From Octopus bimaculoides (Eukaryota), in the NCBI RefSeq assembly GCF_001194135.2, contig NC_068998.1, positions 2,058,321 to 2,122,320 on the forward strand: a DNA stretch of 64,000 nucleotides, read 5' to 3'. The stretch's first letter is position 1; each line of letters begins with the position of its first letter. Positions 12,381 through 22,100 of the stretch are shown here, piece after piece. Both the position numbers and the translations under genes were made by a program. Below the pieces are notes generated by a model. The model searched no databases. It worked only from the letters and a program-made list of their open reading frames with translations, and was not told where the DNA came from.

Positions 12381-13269
12381 AATGGCAAGTTTGTGTCATA
12401 GAAGCTGCATCAATCTGAGATGGTATCAAAAGCATTGAAACATGTGACTGCATGTCTAATTCTTTTCATTAATACAGTAATTAGAAGCACTAAACAAAGT
12501 TCCTGGTAAACCAAATGTGTGATAGGGGTTCCATTCTTGATAACCACCATTTCACCTCACATTTTCTCATGTTTTTCTCTTAGAAATCTAAACATTTTTC
12601 TTGTCTAATAAGAATTTGTGAGTTCTACCAAAATTGTTGTCTTTGTTTTATTTCCTGATTTGAGTTATTTCACTTGAATTGCATCTTTAATTAATTAGGA
12701 AAAAGCATGAACAATACAACTTCCTGTTTTTCCTTTTTTAACACTTTATATGAAATGGTTATTTTTATTGACGGAGATGGTCGTTGAAATCGGCAGCTAT
12801 GAAATAAATTCTGTATTTAAGTTCCTAATCCTACCCAAATCAGCTTTTCTGTTCGTCACTGCTGGAATGAATTAATAAACTGTGGTACCAGTAAACTGTT
12901 GAGGTTGATTTAATCATGTTCTTATTCTATTTTTATACAGAATTGGTTTGAAAATAAGTTTCCAGTTAACTGGATCTCTAAGCAGATTCTGTCTGTACTT
13001 TGTTTCTTTTTTTTTTTTATCTTGTTTAGACTTTGAATACACACACACACATACAGCACAATGGTGAGACATATTTTCATGGCAGATTGCAAACAACACT
13101 GTCTGCATGATGGTAGCATTTGTTTGCAATTAGATCGTGATGACAAGACAAGGAGATACAAACACATATGGCAGGCATCTTTCAGATAAGAAAGTGATTT
13201 TAAAAATTGCTTTAAGAATTTTGCAAAAAAACAAAATTCTCTAATTTTATTCCCCCACTTCTCAATCAT

Positions 13270-13535
13270 CAAAAATAGATTACTCTCCCCAGTTGGGGAG
13301 ACTTTGTCTTGTCTTGCAAGTTATTTGGTGACCCCACAGGTGCTGGTGCTACAGAAAATGCACCCAGTCCACTCTGTAAAGAGCCTGGCATTAGGAAGGG
13401 CATCCAGCCCTGGAAACCTGGCCAAAACAAGACAGCTGGAGCCTGGTGCAGCTCTCTGGCATGCCACCTCCTATCAAACTGTCCAACCCATACCAGCATG
13501 GAAAACTGGTGTCAAATGATGATGATGATGATGAC
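13270..13535 (+). mobile_element. RTE-LINE 3'-end-derived repeat with (GAT)n tail
   Basis: ggcattaggaagggcatccagc...caacccataccagcatggaaaactggtgtcaaatgatgatgat. Same family at ~19240-19505 (+), 26740-26890 (+), 36985-37197 (+) and 63775-64000 (-). Linked to RTE through the 42682-43390 copy. Confidence 0.7.
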
Positions 13536-14115
13536 ACTGATATCACCAAAGTAACCAGACACCACTCATCGTATGTTGTATTTATGCAGACACTTAACGC
13601 GATGGCCAAACTGGATGCTTCTTAGGTGGCACTGACAGGTGTCTGATATATGTATGTCTAACCATTCCTCCATTGTCTGGGCTTCACTGGAAACAGGTGT
13701 TATTTTGTTTTAATTACTTTCAGTCTTTGTTTTTATGTTTTTATGAAATATTTATGAGGCTTTCTTAACATCTCTTAGGTTTATTTCAATTACAGCTGGT
13801 ATTTATCCTGTTGGAAAATGATTTACTGTTTCTTAAATAATCTTTATGAGACTTGCTGGACATTTTTGTTAGGAGACATTATTCCACACACACACACACA
13901 CACACACACACTAACATACAAACACACGCACTCTAACATACAAACATACAAAGACACACACAATCGTAATAATAATAATCATCATCAGTGGAGTTTGGGA
14001 ACAGCTATCCTTTGAACTCCCACACAACATGGAGAATGGAAAGAGGTTGAAGGAAAAATATGAAAAAGAAACTTTTGAAAAACCTCTTCTTTTTTTGCCA
14101 GAATCACAAACTCAT

Positions 14116-14153
<38 letters not shown>

Positions 14154-15232
14154 ACACACAAACATAGATAAGCACACATACACGCACACCAACACAGGTT
14201 GTCAAGTGGTGGTGGAAGGCAAGCACACAATATGTGCACTTGTCCCCCCAGAACAAATGGTGTGCTTAGCTGTGGTAACAACTGCGACGGCATTGCCATG
14301 GAGAATGGTCAGTGATGCTCACTGCAGCAGCCACTCAACTGGTTGATTTAAAAAAAAATTTTTATTAATGAATGAAGTCCCTTGACATGTTTGTTGTGCA
14401 GTGAGTTACATACACTCACTGTCTTATGTGTAGTGATTAGCCCACTGGAAACTTGTGACCAGTGAGATGTAAAATGCTTTTGTCATAGGTTGATATAGTC
14501 TTACCGTTCCATTTGACACACACTGACCGTCTTGGGATTGTGGTCCTTTGTTATGACTTCTCAACAACTCCCTGACTCTTTTCTTTCTTCCCCTTTCTCA
14601 CCTCTTCCACCACCTTCACTACCTTTTCAGTCCTTATACTACCTTTACTTTGCATGGTCTGGTTATATGTGCATATATTCTTTATTTGCGGGATTTACAA
14701 TGCTACTATTGATTCCATGCAGTAACATCACAATTATTCAAGCATTACAACACTTAAAAATGTTGATAATTCATCTCCATTTTTTGGTTAAGCTTTATCC
14801 AAAATGGAGACAGACTAACAACATTTCCAAATGGAATGCTTCGTAATTATGATATCGCATGAAACCAATGGTAGCATGGTAAATTGATTAATAAAGAATA
14901 TGTTTATCTGCCAGATGTGGTGTTCAGTACATATACTCACTGTTTGCAACTAATACCTGTGTGTGTATGCATGTGTGTGTGTGTGTTTATATGTATATAT
15001 ATATATATATATCCATTGCACCTCTTTCTCCTAGTACACTAGCCTTCCTTCTGTGACTCCCTCCTCTACTACTGGTTCTCTGCTTCTAACCATTGCACTT
15101 CTTACACAAACAAACGAATGACCACAACACCAACAATGGCTGCTATGCCATAACAGTATCGATTGCCGTCAGTTTTCAGTTACCTTCGAACTAAACACAT
15201 CTCTCTTCCTTCTATCAAAACATCTCCCTCTT

Positions 15233-15266
<34 letters not shown>

Positions 15267-15534
15267 GTTCATTGGCTTAAAACATATCTCTGTTGCTCTC
15301 TCTCTTCTCTTTCTGATTAAAACAAAACAAAATGCAGCTTCAACTCAATAAAAATGTCTAAATGTGTTTTTTTATTTTAAAAAAATGAAAAAACAATAAA
15401 TTTCAAAAAAATCAATAAAACTGTATATGTTGCTAAAGATGGAGTCTTTGGTTCTGTTTGTGCTGCTACATTTCAAAATGTGTGAAGAAGACTGCAGGTG
15501 AGCGGTACAGAATGAGAAATAAATGAAATAAATA

Positions 15535-15937
15535 GGCACAGGTGTGGATGTCTGGTAAGAAGCTTTCTTCCCAACCACATGGTTCTGGGTTCAGTTCCAC
15601 TGCATGGCACCTTGGGCAAGTGTCTTTTACTATAGCCACGGGCCGACCAAAGCCTTGTGAGTGGATTTGGTGGATGGAAACTGAAATAAAGCCCATCGTG
15701 TATATATAAATGTATATATCTATGTGTGTCTGTGTTTGTCCCACCACTTGACAACTGGTGTCAGTACCAGTGTATTTACGTCCCTTGTAACTTAGCAGTC
15801 TGGCAAAAGAGACTGATAGAATAAGTACTAGGCTTTAAAAAAATAAGTCCTGGGGTTGATTTGTTCAACTAAAACCCTTCATGGCAGTGCTCCAGCATGG
15901 CTGCAGTCAAATGACTGAAACTGGTAAATGAATAAAA
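15535..15937 (+). mobile_element. SINE family B (tRNA-like head, CA/TG microsatellite middle)
   Basis: gtgg...gtaagaagctttcttcccaaccacatggttctgggttcagttccactgcatggcaccttgggcaagtgtc...ccagcatggctgcagtcaaatgactgaaac. Further copies at ~20085-20290(-), 20690-21000(-), 33780-34070(-), 43412-43794(+), 45150-45310(-), 47410-47530(+), 54360-54505(-), 59400-59760(-), 62040-62405(-). Confidence 0.8.
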
Positions 15938-16285
15938 TATGTCTTGGCCAGGTATTGAAACCTTGTCTCTAACAAAGGAACATCTACCATTACTTGATCT
16001 GCTAGAAATGGCAGCCAAATTTTCATCAAATAACAGTTTACCATGTTAGAAAATATAAAAGTACTTTGAGGAAAAGAGAGTTACATTGGAAAATAAAGAG
16101 TTACATCTGAGTAAAAAAACGGGAGGGCCACATCTGGAATCTCCTTGATCATAGGCCAGCTGAACCTGGGTCAAACAGAAATGCAATTCGAAGAAGATGG
16201 CTTCACTGACAAGTATTTGGTTGTTTAACTCTTCAAACCTTCCATTACCATAGTTCTGTGGAAATTCAAAACAATATCAAGACAT

Positions 16286-16354
16286 GCATATGGTGTGGTG
16301 GTTAAAAGCACGGGTTACTAACCCCAAGATTCTGAGTTTGATTCCAAGCAGTGA

Positions 16355-16392
<38 letters not shown>

Positions 16393-16514
16393 TCGAAAAA
16401 TACCTTAGGAATGAGAACACAGGCTCGAAATTTCCCCAAGACACCTGATGAAGGCTGGAGGGTATATCAGCCGAAGCGTTGTGTTAACAACAAACAAGAT
16501 GAGGACAAATATCA
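16286..16514 (+). mobile_element. tRNA-headed element with (AAT)n linker and Penelope-like tail
   Basis: A-box TGGTGTGGTGG (16291-16301), B-box-like GTTTGATTCC (16336-16345), (AAT)n, then a tail that nearly matches 27258-27380 and includes a hammerhead-like motif. Confidence 0.7.
16440..16485 (+). ncRNA. Minimal type I hammerhead ribozyme motif, copy 1 (core variant)
   Basis: GACAC-CTGATGA-A-GGCTG[gagggtatat]CAGCC-GAAG-CG-TT-GTGTT. Stem I GACAC/GTGTT and stem II GGCTG/CAGCC are intact, but GAAA is changed to GAAG. Confidence 0.5.
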
Positions 16515-16519
16515 AGATG

Positions 16520-16740
16520 TGTGTTGGAGAGATGTGTGTTCGGAATGATGGCAGCAATCCTTACTGATGCCAACAAAGAAAGGGACATGGAAATGTTATT
16601 AAGAGAGGAGAATGCATGGGGAGAATCAACTTGCCCAAGATGACCCAACAAAAAGACCAACCAATGAAGTTGACATCAATGCAATCAAAAGCAGAAAGAC
16701 AAGGAGAGCAGCTGGGTTGTCAGGAATAGTTGGTGAGATG
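16520..16740 (+). mobile_element. Decayed RTE-type ORF2 fragment
   Basis: Translates to ...AIKSRKTRRAAGLSGIVGEM, resembling the pre-RT AIK.MK.GKA.GPSGI.AEM motif. Stops and frameshifts present. Confidence 0.55.
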
Positions 16741-16899
16741 TGCCCAGAAGTTTGCTTTCCAATGACAAGATTCTAGGTTCATATAGTTTGTAGTCTGTAT
16801 CACATTTTATGCTATAGATAGATAGACAGATAGATAGATACACATGCACTTGAAAGAGTAAACACACACATGCAAAACTCATATATACATATACATACA

Positions 16900-17362
16900 T
16901 AGTAACACCTTCATCAGTCAGACTCTGTTGTGTTGCATGCAATCTGTGGCATGGAGCTCCATCATGCTGAAAGATCTCACCTTCAACCAAGTCTGGTATC
17001 AAATTGTCCTTCAGCAGCTGGATGTATTTGGCACTATTCAAGTTACCATTAATTTTAAACGATTTTCTTGAACCATCACTTTTTATGCATCCCCAAAACA
17101 TCAGACTCTTACTCCCAAACTTCACTATTCTTGTCATGTAACGTGGGTCATTTCACTTTCTAATAAGTGAGAATTTGTCAGAAGGCCTTCAGGAAAGCAA
17201 AATAACTCCTACCACAAAATATAATGATTAGGTATGGAAATGACCCCAACAGGGCCAATGTTTCATCTGTAAAAAACACAATGCAAAACGTCTACTTATA
17301 AGTTGACAATTAGTAGAAATTTACAATAGTTTAAAGTAGCCAAAGAGTTTTGCATGGTACTG
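16900..17362 (-). mobile_element. Tc1-family transposon fragment (left end plus DDE region)
   Basis: VKFGSKSLMFWGCIKSDG...NLNSAKYIQLLKDNLIP...FQHDGAPCH. Tc1-like terminus TA-CAGTACCATGCAAAACTCTTTGG on the minus strand ends at 17362. Confidence 0.85.
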
Positions 17363-17452
17363 TATATATGTATATATCTGCATATATTTTTTTGTAATCT
17401 ATTAAATTACTGCATGCACAGTGGGATATTCCCATCATCATCAGTGTAAAGA

Positions 17453-17502
<50 letters not shown>

Positions 17503-17595
17503 ATTGTCTAAAATACATTTGTGGCCTTCACTAGATACAGATTAGTTTTACAAGCAATAACATGGCATCACCAATCTCCTTTGTTCTTATCTTAG

Positions 17596-17616
17596 CAATC
17601 ATTCTCCAGTCTGAAG
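17596..17616 (+). CDS. 21-nt microexon E21a (xIILQSE)
   Basis: ctcctttgttcttatcttag|CAATCATTCTCCAGTCTGAAG|gtaagc. Confidence 0.6.
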
Positions 17617-19141
17617 GTAAGCTTTCTAAGGATTCTTCATGTCTTTAAACCCTTTAAAATACATATTTAATTATTGTTAACGTTACTGTAGTCGTTGCTG
17701 TTGTTGATGTTATCATTATTATTATTATCATTATTTTAGCATGCTGGGCAAAATGCTTAGTGGCACTTTGTCCATCTTTATGTTCTGGGTTCAAATCCCA
17801 CTGAGTTCAGTTTTACCTTTCATTCTTTCAGGGTCGATAAAATAAGTACCAGTCATATACTGGAGCTGATGTAATTGACTTACCCAGTCTCCCAAAATCG
17901 CTGGCCTTGTGCTAAAATTTGAAACCATTATTATTATTATTATTATTAGTAGTAGTAGTAGTAGTAGTAGTAATAGTAGTAAGGCAGCGAGATGGCAAAG
18001 TCGTTAGCACAATAGATGAAATGTTTAGCTGTATTTCGTCCGTTTTTGCATTCTGAGTTCAAATTCCACTGAGGTCGACTTTGCTTTTCATCCTTTCAGG
18101 GTCGATAAAGTAAGTACCAGTTGCATACTGGGTCGATCTAATTGACTGGCCCCTTCTCCAAAATTTTGGGCCTTGTGCCTAGAGTAGAAAGGATTATTGT
18201 TGTTGTTGTTGTGTTCCTAATCTTTGCACAAAGACCACAATTTAGGATAGAGGGGTTAGCTACTTCGACTGGCTGTCATGACTTGACTGGTTATTTGTTT
18301 GACCACAGAAAAGATAAAAGTCAAAATTGGTCTTGGCAAGAATTGAACTCAGAACATGTAAAGATCCAGAAAAAATTCCCCACGGTACTTTTTCTGCAAA
18401 AATCATGATTCTGTCAAATTCTTACCATTATTCAGAACATTATTGCTGCCTCAAAGACAGGTCTTTAGACTTGCTTCTACCACTTACTGGCTTCTTTTAG
18501 AAATATTTTTTGTTTTCATGACTCAATGAGAAGACAAAGGGTAGCAACCACCTATGACTCGTTTGGAGTAAAGGGGAGATCTCTGAGGTTGGTGGGAAGG
18601 GGTGGAGGGAGAAGATTATCTTCAGATTATAGACCTGACCTGAAGACGTCACTGGGGGTAGTGTTAAAGCAGATGTTAAATTACCACCACCACCACCACC
18701 ACCACTGCTACTATCACCACCTTTATCAATGATGATGATGATGATGACAATGACATTCCATTTCATTTGTTTTTGTTGTATTTTTCAGGGGACAAAATTC
18801 CCATTCCTAAATGTAAGTATTCCATCACTTTCTAAAAGATAACCATTTCCCCGTCAACAGACCCTTCTAGAATTCCCTGCTTCTCAAAACTCACCAACAC
18901 CACTCCTGGCATACCTCCACACCCTTTCCTCATTATGACTCTTTTAATTTTCTATCTTTCACTTGTTTCAGTCATTAGACCATTAACCAGACAAAATGCA
19001 TTTCCTCTGTTGAAATTCTGCTGGGGTCAATAAATTAAGTACCAGTTATACACTGGGGTCAATGTAACTGACTAGTCCCCTCCACACAAATTTCAGGCCT
19101 TGTGTCTTAAGTAGAAAAGATTATTATTATTGTTATTATTA

Positions 19142-19196
<55 letters not shown>

Positions 19197-22100
19197 GGTA
19201 ATGAGTGCAGAATTGTCAGTATGCCGGGCAAAATGCTTAACGGCATTTTCTCTCTCTCCCAATTGAAGGGTCTTGTCCAGCAAGTTGCTTGGGGACCTAA
19301 CTGCAACTGGTGCCATGTAAAAAGCACCCAGTACATTCTGTAAAGTGGTTGCTATTAGGAAGGGCATCCAGCTGTAGAAACCCTGCCAGAGCAGACAATG
19401 GAGCTCAGCACCGTCCTCTGATCTTTCAATTCTAAGCAAAACTGTTCAACCCATGCCAGCATGGAAAAAGAGATGTTAAACGATGATGATGATGATGATG
19501 ATGACATTCCATTTCATTTGTCTTTCTTGTATTTTTCAGCGGACAAAATTCCCATTCCTAAATGTAAGTACTCCATCACTTTCTAAAAGATAACCATTTC
19601 CCCGTCAACAGACCCTTCTAGAATTCCCTGCTTCTCAAAACTCACCAACACCACTCCTGGCATACCTCCACACCCTTTCCTCGTTATGACTCTTTTAATT
19701 TTCTATCTTTTACTTGTTTCAGTCATTAGACTGTGGCCAGGCTGGGGCAGCACCACCTGGAACTATGAATTAACCCCACTATGTACACACACACACACAA
19801 TAAACTTCTTTCAGTTTCCATTTATGAAATCCATTCAGCATGGAAAAAGGGATGTTAAACGATGATGATGATGATGATGATGATGATGGTGACATTTCAT
19901 TTCATTTGTCTTTTTTTGTATTTTTCAGCGGACAAAATTCCTATGCATAAATGTAAGTACTCCTCAACAGATCCTTCTAGAATTCCTTGCTTCTCAAAAC
20001 TCACCAACACCACTCCCGGCATACCTCCACACCCTTTCCTCATTATGACTCTTTTAATTTTCTATCTTTTACTTCTTTCAGTCATTAGACTGCAGCCCAT
20101 GCTGGGGCAGCACCACCTGGAACTATGAATCAACCCCACTGTACACACACACACACACACACACAATAAACTTCTTTCAGTTTCTGCCTACCAAATCCAC
20201 TCACATAGCTTTGGTCAGCCTGAGGCTGTAGTAGAAAACACTTGCTCAAGGTGCCACCCAGTGGGACTGAACCCAGAACCAAGTGGTTGGGAATCATCAT
20301 CAGTGTAAAGACCACACACACACACACACACACACTTCACTAGATACAGATTAGTTTTACAAGCAAAAACATGGCATCACCAATCTCCTTTGTTCTTATT
20401 TTAGCAATCATTCTCCAGTCTGAAGGTAAGCTTTCTAAGCATTCCTCATGTCTTTAAAAGAGATGTTAAATGATGATGATGATGACAATGACATTCCATT
20501 TTATTGTATTTTTCAGGGGACAATATTCCCATTCCTAAATGTAAGTATTCCATTACTTTCTAAAGGACTACCATTTCCCCGTCAACAGATCCTTCTAGAA
20601 TTCCTTGCTTCTCAAAACTCACCAACACCACTCCTGGCATACCTCCACACCCTTTCTTTGTTATGACTCTTTTAATTTTTTATCTTTTACTTGTTTCAGT
20701 CATTAGACTGCAGCCCCACTATTTATTTGCTTTTTTAAGCCTGGCACCTATTCCATTAGTCCCTTTTGCCAAACTGCTAAGTTACAGGGAGGTACACACA
20801 CTAACACCAGTTGCTAAATGATCTTCGGGGACAAACACACACATAACAAACTTCTTTCAGTTTCTGTGTACGAAATCCACTCACATGGCTTTGGTCAGCT
20901 TGAGGCTATAGCAGAAAACACTTGCTGAAGGTGCCACACAATGGGACTGAGCCCAGAACCATGTGGTTGGGAAGCCAGCTTCTTACCACACAGCTATGCC
21001 TGATCATAATACTATTACCTTCCTGCCTGATGATGATGATGTAATTAGCTGCAGGGGAAGATGCGTCAGTGAAAATAGAGAGAAATCAGATTCATTTCAA
21101 ACTTCTTTGCAGTATGGTTGTGCTTGATGAGTACAAAGCTGATGTTAAATATCAACTTCAGGAACATTCTGGAAAATATTGATCAAACACACAAACAAGA
21201 AATGGTAATCATACAATGTTTATTCTTCTCAAATTGTTTTTACTCTTTTGTCAGTGTTACAGTTCATGTGCTTCTCATGATCTTGCAGGAGTATCAACAA
21301 AATAATGGTATAAATTCTTATCAGAATATTCCGTTTTTCCCAGGCCTATACCAACATAAAAGTGCAAGCATGTATGTGTGCCTGGGCTAAATAAAATATT
21401 CTTTCTGGTTTAATTTGAAGAATTAATTTATAGGGAAAATTTAAAAAAAAAAAAAAAAGCGTAAGAATTAACTGGTTTCAACCTGTTATTTCCTCCTGGT
21501 TGTATTTTAGTCTGAAGCTATGTGGGTGGTGGGAGATTCTTCAACAACAGCAATGGAAAGCTTGTTTTCCAATTTGGATAATTTCTGTTAGTGACATATA
21601 TCGGTCAAATAACAGGTAATAATACTGTAAATTGAATTTTAGATCTTATGAAGTTTACAGTCAATTTAAAACAACATCAGATACCTTGATATTGTACCTT
21701 TGTGGCCTTTTTTTTTCTGATTTAGTTTTTACAGGGCTTCACTTTATTATCCTCTAAAAGACTGTAAATCAAGCGTATATTTCCATAACTTTAAATCATT
21801 CCACTGCAAATGATATTTCATTTTTTATCATCTTGTCTAAAATTATTAAAAAAATAGGAATAAAGGTATCATTTCCAGCTTCTATGTCTAGTTTAGCTGC
21901 TATGTCCATCTCATCTATACCTGTAATTACATCGGGTTCTCTCTTTTAAAGGTTTGTACTCCATCCTTATCAAGTCATAAGCTTTCTGCAGAAGTGTTTG
22001 AGATTTACGTCGTTGAAGACGGTTATTCCTTGCAATGTTTTCTTGTTCCATGGCAACTTTTGCCTGTAATTTCTTCTTATTTTGGTCAGATTGGTAAAAA

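Larger units (their letters stand above)
18740..20715 (+). repeat. Four-copy local duplication of a ~230-bp unit carrying E24
   Basis: Units at ~18740-18980, 19490-19735, 19870-20095 and 20470-20715 share gacattccatttcatttgt...exon...ctagaattccctgcttctcaaaactcaccaacaccactcctggcatacctccacaccc...ttcagtcattagac. The E21 flank is duplicated at 17437-17650 and 20294-20457. Confidence 0.92.

Noticed and set aside
17422-17445. Possible extra 24-nt microexon (gcacag|TGGGATATTCCCATCATCATCAGT|gtaaag; xGYSHHHQ in phase 1)
   Set aside because: It is symmetric and stays open in phase 1, but the donor and pyrimidine tract are weak. Left out of the model pending reads.
18740-20715. Repeat-spacer-like look of the four duplicated units (CRISPR-like)
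   Set aside because: Eukaryotic context, ~230-bp units, irregular spacers made of SINE/LINE pieces, no cas genes. Explained by local duplication.
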